From assembly GCA_030390025.1 (NCBI GenBank), contig CM059432.1, positions 116,066,001 through 116,130,000 of the forward strand: a stretch of 64,000 nt of DNA, written 5' to 3'. Position 1 is the stretch's first letter, and each line of letters begins with the position of its first letter. The position numbers and the translations under genes are program-made. The stretch is from Squalus acanthias. Its lineage: Eukaryota. The notes under the pieces were generated by a model that saw only the letters and a program-made list of their open reading frames with translations, was not told where the DNA came from and made no database searches. Below, in pieces: positions 50,327 to 62,345 of this stretch.

Positions 50327-53300
50327 TGTAATATATGTGGGTAGAACAAATGAAGGACAGAGACATGATGAGTTGCTGGTCAAGGTGCTTGTTTACTAGG
50401 CCAGAGCAAACTGAGCATGCTCATACTAAACCATGTGACAAACCATGTGATTATACATTACACTACTTTCCCCTTAAAAAAATGTACATATTCCCCTCTC
50501 AAATACAACAAAACTATGATCCCATCTTTCCCAGCATTACACGTACCACATAACAAAAACTCCTGGCTTTTTTCTTTTAAATCAACTACAAATCCAGTTT
50601 TATGACAGGTTTGTGGAGCCTTGCTGATCTCCTTAAAGAAGTAGGTACCACCACTCTGTCTCCCCACTTGATACAACCTTGCTCACAAGACAATTCAGTA
50701 CGACGGTTATGGAATAGTTTCAATTCTGTGTCCATACACTGATCAGTCCATCCATTCAAGGTGTTTTCATACACTCTTTTCAGTACTGAGTCCTTTTGAG
50801 TCCCATCTGCAATCTCAGTTGAATTCCCAGGAAAGTCTTTGTCAACTGAACCTAGCGTGAAAATCTCACCTTCACTCCCAACACATGAGTCTTCATGTGG
50901 CAACCTGGACAAGGCATCAGCAATTGCGTTTTGCTTTGAAGTGCGATATTCAATCGTGTAGTCATATTGTGACAACAACACTGCCCAACGTTGCATTATT
51001 GGTGCGGCCATTGCAGGGATGGCAGATTTGGGCCCCAATATTGCTAGGAGTGGTTTGTGATCGGTTATCAGGATAAACTTTCTGCTGATCAGGAACTGTT
51101 GGAATTTCTTGAATCCAAACACTATGGCGAGTGCTTCCACTTCAATTTGCGCGTAGTTTCGTTCGCTCTTTGTGAAGGATTGCGATGCGAATGCCATTGG
51201 TTTCTCTTGGCCGTCATCCATTACATGGCTTATGACAGCTCCCACACCATAGCTAGAAGCATCACACGCTAACTTAAGCTCACGCTCTGTGTTGTAGTGC
51301 ACAAGTAGAGCATCGATAGAGAGACTTCTCTTGCAAGCGTTGTAAGTTTCCTGTTGTGCTTTTGTCCACTTCCACTCGACATCCTTCATGAGGAGCTCAT
51401 GCAATGGAGCTAACTCAAGTAAGAAACATGCATAGTGCTGGACCATTCCAAGGAAAGATCTTAACTCAGACACATTCTGTGGCTTTGGAGCATTGATGAC
51501 AGCATCAACCTTTTCCTTAATTGATTGCAAGCCATTTGCATCAACTTTCAGACCAAGGTGCACAACCTCGGGCTGCACAAAAGCACATTTGCTCCTTTTC
51601 AATTTGGCATTGTGGGAATTCAACCTTTGAAGCACTAAATTTAACACTTCTAGATTTTCTTCCTCGCTGCTTGTTGCGATCAGCACATCATCTTGATTGC
51701 ATAAGCAATTCGGAATTCCTTGCAAAATCTTATCCATCGTAGCCTGGAAGATTTTGGGGGAGGACTTTACACCATACGGCAGCTTGGTGTATGAGTACAG
51801 TCCCTTGTGTGTGTTGATAGTGAGATACTATTGACTCTCTTTGTCAGCATTCAGCTGAGCGTAAGCGTGTGACAGGTCAAGCTTGGAGAAAACCTTTGAC
51901 CCAGAGAGTGCTGCATACAAATCTTGTGATGTAGGTATTGGGCATTGTTCATCATCAACTGCTTGGTTGATAGTAACTTTGTAGTCACCGCACAAGCGTA
52001 CAGTTTTGTCTGCTTTGGGCACTACCACAATCGGGGTCGCCCATTCACTTTTGTCAGTTTTTGCTAGCACTCCATTCTCTCTCAGCTTCGCTAGCTCTTC
52101 CTCCACCTGACTTTACAGCGCATGGGGGACCGGCCTTGTCTTACAATAGACAGGCGTCACGTTGCACTTGATGCAGATATGCGCGTCATACCCAGTGATG
52201 CCCTCATAACTGTCTGCGAACACGCTTTTGTACTTGTTCAGCATTGTGTCGAGTCGCTTCTTTGAAGCATCTACACTGAAGATGTTTTTCCAGTCTAGTT
52301 TTAACTTTCTTAACCAGTTTTTGCCCATGAGGGTTGGCCTGTTGTTGTAGCTCGCTACAATAATAGGCAGCTTTACTGACTGGCCATTGTGTTGAACTGT
52401 ACATTCCATTTGTCCACATATCTCCAGGATTTCTCCGGAGTAGGTTTTTAACTCTACAGTACTTTGTAAGTGGCTTTTGATTAAACTTACTCTCATATCT
52501 GTCCTTACTCATGATAGAGCAGTCCGCCGCCGTGTCGATACACTTATCAATATATTGCTCGTTGATCAAAAGTTGTACGGAAGTCTTTCTCACGACTGCT
52601 AGCGTTGCCGCTAGTGGCATAGATACTGTAGATGCCTAGTTCTTCAACATCAGGTGTGTTCACTTCAATATTGTGAACTCCTCCCTTTTGTTGTCGCTGC
52701 TTTGCATTGCCACTAGAATGGTTCTTTCTTCCTGCTTTCGATCTAGCTCTGCAAGGTGTTGAAATATGGCCTTGCTTCTGGCAGTGGAAACACTTCACAT
52801 TTCTGTATTGGCAAGACTATGGTGAGTAATTTCCATTGCAGCGATAACAATTCACTGAACTGCTCTCACGGGCATGCTTTTGACTTGGTCTCAGAGCTTT
52901 AGGTTTGGCTGTGGCTTTGTGACTGTAGACCTCAGCTGCACTAGTCACTTGAGTTGGACGGAGCTCCCTAGCATTCTTAGACGCCGTCTCCATAGATAGG
53001 GCAATTTTGCATGCTATGTCAAACGTTTTGGTTTGGAGTGTTCAGTAACTTGGACTGTGTGCACTCATCCTCCAGTCCACATACAAACTTATCTCGCAAA
53101 GCACAATCCAAAAATGTGCTGAAGTTACAATGCAAAGACAAGTTTTTAAGAGCTACAATGCACTCACTGATAGTTTCACTTTGTTTTTAGTTTCTGGTAC
53201 CAAACTTATAGCTCTCTGCTATTTCTAATGGCTTTGGGTCGAAATGGTCCTCGAGTTTCTCAACAATGTCTTCAAAAAACACATCCTTCGCTTTCCCTGG

Positions 53301-53929
53301 CATGAGTAGGTTTGTCAAAGTTTCGTAGACATCTGGCCCGATCTCCGTTAGAAAAATTGCTTACTTACGTTCATGAATTACTTTATTTTGAGCTTGAACA
53401 TTCTCATCTGCACCTTCGGTCTCAATATTGTTATTGGCCTTAAAAAACATCTCCATCTGCTCAATGTAATAACTGAATGGTTTGCGAGCTCGGTCATATA
53501 TGATGAGGCTTCCGATGAATCCCGTAGGAGCGGCCATGATTGTCCCGATCCCGTCAAACCGTGACTCAGCACGCTACCTGTGTACCTGTGAGAATCAGCG
53601 CCACTGTTGCTGTGTATACATACACGTGAAGGCGAAGCACAGAGAATTCTGCATCAGCATTAACAGTAAAACATCACAAAAGTTCAGTTTAGGTGTCACA
53701 AATTCACCGTAAACTTTTCCACATGACAGTTGAGCACTGTGTCCTTCCATGATCCCTAAAAATGGTTTTGGGATCCCATCCTGTCGCCAAAAATTGAATA
53801 TATGTGGGTAGAACAAATGAAGGACAAAGACACAATGTGTTGCTAGTCAAGGTGCTTGTTTACTAGGCCAGAGCGAACTGAGCATGCTCATACTAAACCA
53901 TGAGACCAACCATGTGCTAATACATTACA
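50327..53929 (-). mobile_element. Gypsy/Ty3 (Mag-like) LTR retrotransposon, decayed, integrase deleted
   Basis: ~136-bp LTRs at 50327-50462 and 53795-53929 (TG..CA); PBS TGGCGAC-AGGATGGGAT at 53773-53789; PPT AGGGGAAAGTAG; gag ATG ~53537 with Cys/His knuckles; protease IDTAAD; RT WATPIVVVPK, RLCGDYK, NQDD; RNase H LACDASSYGVGAV. Confidence 0.93.
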
Positions 53930-54087
53930 GTAAGTACAAATAGAGGCCATCTAATGTTGTGTGCAATAGAATGGTTAATAAGCTGCTGGGACTGTGAAAA
54001 TGTCACATTAACAAAGACAATTGAAGCATCCCAATAATAATTGACAATCAAGGGGCTATAGGGAAGGAGGAACTTAAAACAATCACA

Positions 54088-54755
54088 GGCGGTTAAGAAG
54101 GCAAATGGTATGTTGGCCTTCATAGCGAGAGGATTCGAGTACAGGAGCAAGGATGTCTTGCTGCAGTTGTACAGGGCCTTGGTGAGACCACACCTTGAGT
54201 ATTGTGTGCAGTTTTGGTCCCCTTATCTGAGGAAGGATGTTCTTGCCATGGAGGGAGTGCAGCGAAGATTCACCAGACTGATACCTGGGATGGCAGGAAT
54301 GACGTATGAAGAGAGATTGGGACGATTGGGCTTGTATTCGCCAGAGTTTAGAAGAATGAGAGGGGATCTCATTGAAACTTATAAAATTCTAACAGGACTA
54401 GACAGACTAGATGCAGGAAGGATGTTCCCGATGGCGGGGGAGTCCAGAACCAGGGGTCACAGTCTAAGGATAAGGGGTAAGCCATTTAGGACTGAGATGA
54501 GGAGGAATTTCTTCACCCAGAGAGTGGTGAACCTGTGGAATTCTCTACCACAGAAGGCAGTTGAGGCCAATTCATTAAATATATTCAAGAAGGAGTTAGA
54601 TATATTTCTTAAGGCTAAAGGGATCAAGGGATATGGGGAGAAAGCAGGGACAGGGTACTGAATTTGGATGATCAGCCATGATCTCATTAAATGGCGGAGC
54701 AGGCTCGAGGGGCCGAATGGCCTACTCCTGCTCCTATCTTCTATGTTTCTATGTG
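54088..54755 (+). mobile_element. Young CR1 3' fragment with an open 183-aa frame
   Basis: ORF 54110-54661 uninterrupted; (TTTCTATG)n tail. Confidence 0.92.
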
Positions 54756-56039
54756 ATTATCCAGGGGTTCCAAAGCCAATTGCCATTACTCTGCTTCTGG
54801 GTGCGAGTCTCTTCCAAAGACCATTCCTACACCAGGGGCAATGTCAGAGCCATGGTAATGACTTGAACCTGCAAAATCAAGTGAGGTCACCTTGGCTTGT
54901 GCTCAGGTGGTGGAGGGGGAAAAGAAAATTAGTTCCAATATTTCAGCCTTCGGGGGCAGTCGTTCAGCACTTCCCAGATTTAATGGACTAACTCCAAGCT
55001 AACGAGAGAAAACTCAAAAGAAACAGGTTAAAAAGCTTTTCTCAATTGACTTAAAACAATGCAGATGTGGACTTCTTGACAGGCTCCCCATGAAAAGATG
55101 AAATGAATAGACTGACCGCATCACACACATCAGAAATAGAATCCTGCCCTTCCAGTTAAGGCAGACTGTTTGCAATTTTATTACTGTGACATTTTTGGAA
55201 TGTTTATTTGTAACTGGTTTGTTTTTGTAGCGTAATGCAGTCTATCTTATGATCTAAAAGTTGTGCTTTGAAATATTCAGATAGATAAATTGAAAGGTTC
55301 GATCAAGGTAACATAGTAACTGGCTTTGTTCTGGGCTGATTGCTTTGGCATTGTACGTTCTGTGACTTTGCTGTGACAAGAAGTCATCCGTTCCCAATTA
55401 TCTTTTGATCTGTTTAAACAAACATTTTGAAATCTTGAGTTAAGCAAACGCAGAAATGAAAAAGCATCTGTCCTACTAGGTGACAGGTTCTGTCAACAGT
55501 CTTATGATAAAAGGCAAAATAATTTTAAATTTTAGAAGGTAGAGGTGTATGACCTGGAAAGGAAACAAGACAAACAAGCTGTAACGATCCTGCCACTTTC
55601 ACATTAGGGACTGCCCTTCCCACACCCATCTATATACTTTAAATTCTTTTACGTGCTTTAGAGTGTAGACTTCGTTTGCTGCCGGTCTCTCATAGATTCT
55701 AATGTTTTTAAATTATACTCACTCAGCATGGTTTTCTCTCTCCTTTTTCTCTTTACAACAGACTACAATTGTGGTAAGAGTCAGCTCTGCTTACAAACAA
55801 GTTAGCATCATGTCGGGATATTTTTTCCATTTATTTGCCCTCCCCCCCCCCACCCTCCCGGCTTCATCCTGGACCATTTTTTATTTCCCCCTGAAGGCAG
55901 TGACTCAGATTGGGGCATAGTTCACAGGTGCTGGCTGCGTTATGGTATCTTGCCCAAGTGGCTAGATAAGTGAACCAAGAAAGTGAGCGTGAGCAAGCTG
56001 TTTGGCTGTGGGTGGAGAGGCATCATAGCTGAACCTGAA

Positions 56040-56131
56040 ATAAAAACAGAAAATGCAGGAAAACACACAGCAGGTCAGGCTGTGGAGAGAGAAAGAGCTA
56101 ACATTTCAGGTCGATGACCTTTCATCAGTAC
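56040..56131 (-). mobile_element. Penelope pLTR remnant with hammerhead core
   Basis: Minus strand reads CTGATGA-AAGGTC atc GACCT-GAAA-TGTT. Confidence 0.65.
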
Positions 56132-56248
56132 TGAACCCGATTCTGTTTTCACACACAAACAATTTTCCACTAAGGGTCAATGAATACCGAAGAGGAGCAG
56201 GAATCCTTGCTGATTTTTTTTCGCCTTCACACACTCTGAAACCAAATG

Positions 56249-56512
56249 TATCTCCCCTACTGCTACCCTAGTGGAGATCAGGTAATTCAGCACTGACCAT
56301 ATCTCCCCTACTGCTACCCTAGTGGAGATCAGGTAATTCAGCACAGACCATATCTCCCCTACTGCTACCCTAGTGGAGATCAGGTAATTCAGCATAGACC
56401 GTATCTCCCCTACTGCTACCCTAGTGGAGATCAGGTCATTCAGCACAGACCATATCTCCCCTACTGCTACCCTAGTGGAGATCAGGTAATTTAGCACAGG
56501 CCGCATCTCCCC
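56249..56512. repeat. 51-bp tandem repeat x5, derived from a tRNA-headed SINE
   Basis: Unit TATCTCCCCTACTGCTACCCTAGTGGAGATCAGGTAATTCAGCACAGACCA; a partial unit at 57036-57069 adjoins a B-box-like GGTTTGATCCC on the minus strand. Confidence 0.88.
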
Positions 56513-56514
56513 TT

Positions 56515-57031
56515 CTTTTTTTTTATTCGTTCATGAAATGTGGGCATCGCTGGCAAGGCCAGCATTTATTGCCCATCCCTAATTGCCATTGAGAAGGTGG
56601 TGGTGAACCGCCTTCTTGAACCGCTGCAGTCCATGTGGTGAAGGTACTCCCACAGTGCTGTTAGGGAGGGAGTTCCAGGATTTTGACCCAGCGACGATGA
56701 AGGATCGGCGATATTCTTCTAAGTCAGGATGGTGTGTGACTTGGAGGGGAACTTGGAGGTGGTGGTGTTCCCATGCGCCTGCTGCCCTTGTCCTTCTAGG
56801 TGGAAGAGGTCGCGGGTTTGGGAAGTGCTGCCAAAGAAGCCTTGGCGAGTTGCTGCTGTGCATCTTGTAGATGGTACACACTGCAGCCACGGTACGCCGG
56901 TGGTGGAGGGAATGAATGTTTAAGGTGGTGGATGGGGTGCCAATCAAGCGGGCTGCTTTGTCCTGGATGGTGTCGAGCTTCTTGAGTGTTGTTGGAGCTG
57001 CACTCATCCAGGCAAGTGGAGAGTATTCCAT
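56515..57031 (-). mobile_element. LINE family B 3' fragment (open 150-aa frame)
   Basis: ORF 56579-57031; A-rich tail. Confidence 0.88.
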
Positions 57032-60000
57032 GATACCTTAGCGGAGATCAGGTAATTCAGCACGGACCAGGGATCAAACCTTGTACCTTGTCTGTATGAT
57101 TTAATGTCATGCATCAGGTGTATTTAACAAATGAGCCATTAGGGAAACTTCCATTGGGACAAAGTTCCTGATGGACAAGCTAGTCCTTTTCTAAGCCATT
57201 TTTTCCATTCAATTCTGGCAGACAGACTGTTCTTCCTAATGAAGCTCTTCGTGAGATGGAAGGGAAAAAAGGGAAAATAAAAAGGAAAGATTAGATGTAT
57301 TCATTTTCTAAGTGTTTATTTCTAATTTATATATTTTTGAAATACAGTTAATCTCCATGGCATTGCTGACAGATGAAAATAAAGAAAAATATTTACCTCA
57401 CTCCTTTAAATGTCTGTTTGTCTGCCAGTCTACTCTTCCCATCTCCCTCTCTCTTCTGCTTGTCGACCACTCTTTCCATTTATCTTCCTCTGTATCTCTT
57501 TGCTGCTATCTTTTTTCTTACTCTTTCTGTAAATCTCTGTACTTTCTTTATCTGCCTCTCTCTTTCCCTTTATATATCTCTCACTCTTTCCTTTCCTTTT
57601 CTCCTCCCACAGAGCTCCAGAGCCAAATCTGGCCCTCTTACTGATAACCACAGGAATGCAGCGATGCCAACCCCACCGTCTCATAAATCAAGAGACAAAA
57701 ATTTTAAAAATCATGAGTTTTGGTATAGAAGTCGTGAATTGCTATTCTTTTCCCAACTTGATCCCTCGCTGACCTTTGCTCCCAGACACAAAGTGCATTT
57801 GGCCGTCACGAACCGATTACTGACATAAGAACATAAGAAATAGGAGCAGGAGTGTGTGGACCGGTGGCCTCGCTGTCGCGTCACTCGCAGGCTGGCCTCG
57901 CTCTGCTTTTGACCATTACTCATTCCGGAACATAACCTCCTCCAGCCCTACAACCCTCTGAGATCTCTGCGCTCCTCCAATTCGGGCTGGTGTCGGATGT
58001 TTAAGGCAAATATGGTAACCAACAGAAGATGTATTGTTCTGGTCGCTATGTGCAATGACATTGTAAATGCCGCCATAAAGATTTCCTCCGGCAGGCAGTT
58101 CAGCAAAATTACAAATGCAAAAGAACTTGCTTGTGATTTCACTAATAATATCAATCAGCGTATTTTTTTCTGTGCATGCGCAAATTGGCGTAAAAAAAAT
58201 CCCGAGATTTAGGTGTTCAAGATCACGAGTGTTGCTTTATTTCACTCTGAAATTGCGTCTCTCGCGATGGATTCGTGAGAACTGGCAATACTGGAAATGA
58301 TCTCCTCTGTCCCTGGGTATGAAGCAGGGAGGAAAGGGAGATCTCAAAGGGAGAAGGAGGGGGCCTGAGCCTGGGCTGGGATGCATTTCTATCTTGAACT
58401 GTTGCTGCTATTCTTGGTGCAGAGCTATGGTGCTGAGTCGTATTAAAGTGTAAAGTGTATTAAACATGTATTGATGTATCATAGGTCTCTCTTTGATCTA
58501 CCTCTATTTCAGACAGCTGTATTTACTTGATTATTAGGATCACTCGAAGAGACATTTGATTGGACATTGATTCTAATGTGACTGAAATGACAGCAGAACC
58601 ACTCACTGGCACATTTGTAGCCTAAATATTTGTATATAAGATGGTGGGTAGATTATGTGATTTTCTGATTTGCTCTGGATTGCAACCCGCTCTCCTGATC
58701 CTATTAAGGGGAATGCACCAGAAAAACCTCCTACAGTAACTTTATCCTCAGTTGTTGCCTCCAGAATTGCACCCATATAGTCTATATTTGGAAGTGAACA
58801 AAATATTTTTTCTCTGTTGAAGTGTTCTATTTTTGTGGCATTTGAGTGCTGAGACTTGACATTTTGGCACTCGGACTTGGTCCCTCAGCTCGTTTATGGT
58901 CTCCCACTGGATTTAATGGAATGTCTTTACGCTTTTGAGAGACACCCAGAGAAGCACATTTTTTCACAGCTTTTTTTTCCCTCAGTTAAAATAACATCCA
59001 GTGGTAGATTCATAAATCCCTAAGAAGGAATAAAATGTTCTACCCCTCTCAGCTCTTCTTTAAAATCCTCGTTCTCTACCGTCCACCCAAGCACCATGGC
59101 AAGTTTCTCACCCAGATATCTTCACTGGTTTCCTCCCTCAGCCTCTGCACCTACAACTTCTCATTCTTGGTAATTTCAACCTCCATCTCACCTCACCTTG
59201 CCCTCTCTCCTCTGAGTTCACTGCCCTCCTGTCCTCCCTTAGCCTCTCCCTCACGGCCACCCCTTGGCCTTGCCATTTCACATGGCCTCTCTACTCCCAT
59301 CATCTCAATCACAGATCAAGCCATCTCTGATCTTTTTCTTGTATCCCTCTCCACTCACAGCCCCCTTCCTCCTTCCAACCCCACTTCATTCTGCATCTGC
59401 CCCTGGAAAAATGTTTTCCTCAAGTCGCTTACAACAACACTTTCAAATTCCCAACTGCCGAGCCTTTGGCCCGTCATTCGCCATGATACTTCTGCAGCTC
59501 CCTATCTGCTCAATCACACCCTCACCTCCACCTTTGATGCCCTTGTCCCCAATAAAAGCCTTACTCTCTCCCACTCTGGTCATTCCCCCTGGTACGGCCC
59601 CCATCTCCGCTCCCGTAAGACCCAGGGACGCAGACATCAACGTTTATGGCAGACAACTAGTTCAGCCATTCATTGCCAGCCCTGGCTGGACCATGTAAAG
59701 TATTATCGGGCCCTGCTCTCCTCTGCCGAGACTGCTCATTACTCCAGGATCATACTGGAATGCAAAGATAACCCCCGGCTTCTCTTCTCCACTACCAATC
59801 GTCTTCTTAAACCCTTTTCCCCATCCCCTCCACCCTCACCTCAAACAACAAGGAGCTCAAGGACTTCTTTTGCACTAAGTTTGAGACCATCCATTCAGCT
59901 GCCTCTGCCTTCCCCTAGGTCACCAAGCCAAAATTCCCCATAAGGTTCCTCCCCTGCCCTCGGCCTGAACTCGCATCATTCTCTTGTTTCTCTCCTATCA

Positions 60001-60059
60001 CCCCTCTTGTCGGCTCTAAGTTCACCTCGGCCATGAGACCCACCTCGTGCTCTCTAGAC

Positions 60060-62345
60060 CAGGGTTCTCAACGGGGGTCTGTGGCCCTCTAGGGGTCCGC
60101 GAGAAGATTTCAAGAGGCCTACTAATGTGTAGGCAAAAGTAATACTTTTTATTTGCCCTAACAGAATATGGTGGCACCCATTCTCAAATCAGCACAGCCC
60201 CACAATGCGCATGCAGTATAGTGAGGTCACTTAAAAGTGGGCGGCGATTGGAAGCGATCAGCAGCAGCGCGATGTTTGAAAAAGGCGAGTCATTACAAAG
60301 CAGCTGGCGGAGGTGAAGGACACACCTGGGGACAGACAGCGATGTGTGGGGATAGACCTAGCAACTCACCTGGAGACAGACAGCAGCGTGTGGGGATAGA
60401 CCTAGCAACTCACCTGGAGACAGACAGCAGCGTGTGGGGATAGACTGAGCAACTCACCTGGAGACAGACAGTGGCCTGTGGGGATAGACCTAGCAACTCA
60501 CCTGGAGACAGACAGTGGTGTGACTAGCAACCCTGGAGACAGACAGCAGCGTGTGGGGATAGACTGAGCAACTCACCTGGAGACAGACAGTGGCCTGTGG
60601 GGATAGACCTAGCAACAAACCTGGAGACAGACAGCAGCGTGTGGGGATAGACTGAGCAACTCACCTGGAGACAGACAGCAGCGTGTGGGGATAGACTGAG
60701 CAACTCACCTGGAGACAGACAGTGGCCTGTGGGGATAGACCTAGCAACAAACCTGGAGACAGACAGCAGCGTGTGGGGATAGACTGAGCAACTCACCTGG
60801 AGACAGACAGCGGTGTGTGGGGATAGACCTAGCAACTCACCTGGAGACAGACAGTGGCCTGTGGGGATAGACCTAGCAACTCACCTGGAGACAGACAGTG
60901 GTGTGTGGGGATAGACCTAGCAACTCACCTGGAGACAGACAGCAGCGTGTGGGGATAGACCTAGCAACTCACCTGGAGACAGACAGCAGCGTGTGGGGAT
61001 AGACCTAGCAACTCACCTGGAGACAGACAGTGGCCTGTGGGGATAGACCTAGCAACTCACCTGGAGACAGACAGTGGTGTGTGGGGATAGACCTAGCAAC
61101 TCACCTGGAGACAGACAGCAGCGTGTGGGGATAGACCTAGCAACTCACCTGGAGACAGACGGCAGCCTGTGGGGATAGACCTAGCAACTCACCTGGAGAC
61201 AGACAGTGGCCTGTGGGGATAGACCTAGAAACTCACCTGGAGACAGACAGCAGCGTGCGGGGATAGACCTAGCAACTCACCTGGAGACAGACAGTGGCCT
61301 GTGGGGATAGACCTAGCAACTCACCTGGAGACAGACAGCAGCGTGTGGGGATAGACCTAGCAACTCACCTGGAGACAGACAGTGGCCTGTGGGGATAGAC
61401 CTAGCAACTCACCTGGAGACAGACAGCAGCGTGTGGGGATAGACCTAGCAACTCACCTGGAGACAGACAGTGGTGTGTGGGGATAGACCTAGCAACTCAC
61501 CTGGAGACAGTAAGGTCGCGACTTCTAGGTAAGTCCCAGTTCCCCACTGGGGAGGGAGTTGATGTTGATGGCTAACCGGACGAGTTGCACCCCGGCCATC
61601 CTCCCCCAGCCCCCCTGCAGATCCGGCCTCTGCCACAGGCTCTGTCTTCCCCTGTCCAGACTCTGGCTGTGCTGGGGTCGCTATTTAGTCACCTGCAGGC
61701 GGCCGCTCCAATAACCCGTGAGGCAGGAGGTCGGGCCCGGCAACTCATCGTGCAGCGCCTCCCTAGAACTGGGAATTAATGTGGTGCAGGTTCACAATAT
61801 GACTTATCAAAGCGTCTCCTTTATAGGGAGGTAAAAAGCAAATAACTGCTGGAAAACAGTAGGTCAGTCAACATCTACAGGAAGAGCAGGCAATATTTCT
61901 TCAGAAGGGGTTGGGGCATCTGATCCTTTGTTCACCCACCTTGGGTAACTGATGCTTTGCTTATCCATGTGGGGTATCTGATGATATGTTCGCCCATTTC
62001 AGATTGGGGTATCATGCTTTACTCACCATTCGGGCGAGGGCTGGGATATTTAAATATATATCTTGATTCTTGGGATGTGGGCAAGGCTGGCATTTACGCC
62101 CATTCCTAGTTGGTGTGTGTTTATTAAATGCTGAAAGCGCAGAAATTAACATGTTCTCAGGTTACGTAATACGTCCTCTCTTTATGTAAGGTGTAATGTT
62201 CACATTCAGTAAGTAAAACAAAAATAATCATAAATATATATATTTAATTGTATAACGAATTTTTATGCAGAAAAAATACGGGGGTCCGTGGAATTTTTAT
62301 AACACGGGATGGGAGCCTCCAAAGCAAAAGGGTTGAGAACCCCTG
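60060..62345. mobile_element. Non-autonomous hAT (Charlie/Buster-type) DNA transposon, 2286 bp
   Basis: TIRs CAGGGTTCTCAAC / GTTGAGAACCCCTG; 8-bp TSD CTCTAGAC (60052-60059) / CTCTAGTC (62346-62353) fitting the NTCTAGAN preference; subterminal GGGGTCCG motifs; no transposase ORF. Confidence 0.9.
60323..61510. repeat. 44-bp minisatellite, ~27 copies, inside the hAT element
   Basis: Unit CACCTGGAGACAGACAG(CAGCG/TGGCC/TGGTG)TGTGGGGATAGACCTAGCAACT. Confidence 0.95.

Noticed and set aside
57312..57828. 110- and 151-aa ORFs
   Set aside because: Translation of CT-rich low-complexity or MITE sequence.
59035..59943. 302-aa ORF as a host gene
   Set aside because: A frameshift mosaic of L2 ORF2 endonuclease and linker sequence.
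60323..61510. CRISPR-like array
   Set aside because: Units are contiguous with only a few recurring variant bases; there are no unique spacers and no cas genes, and the context is eukaryotic.
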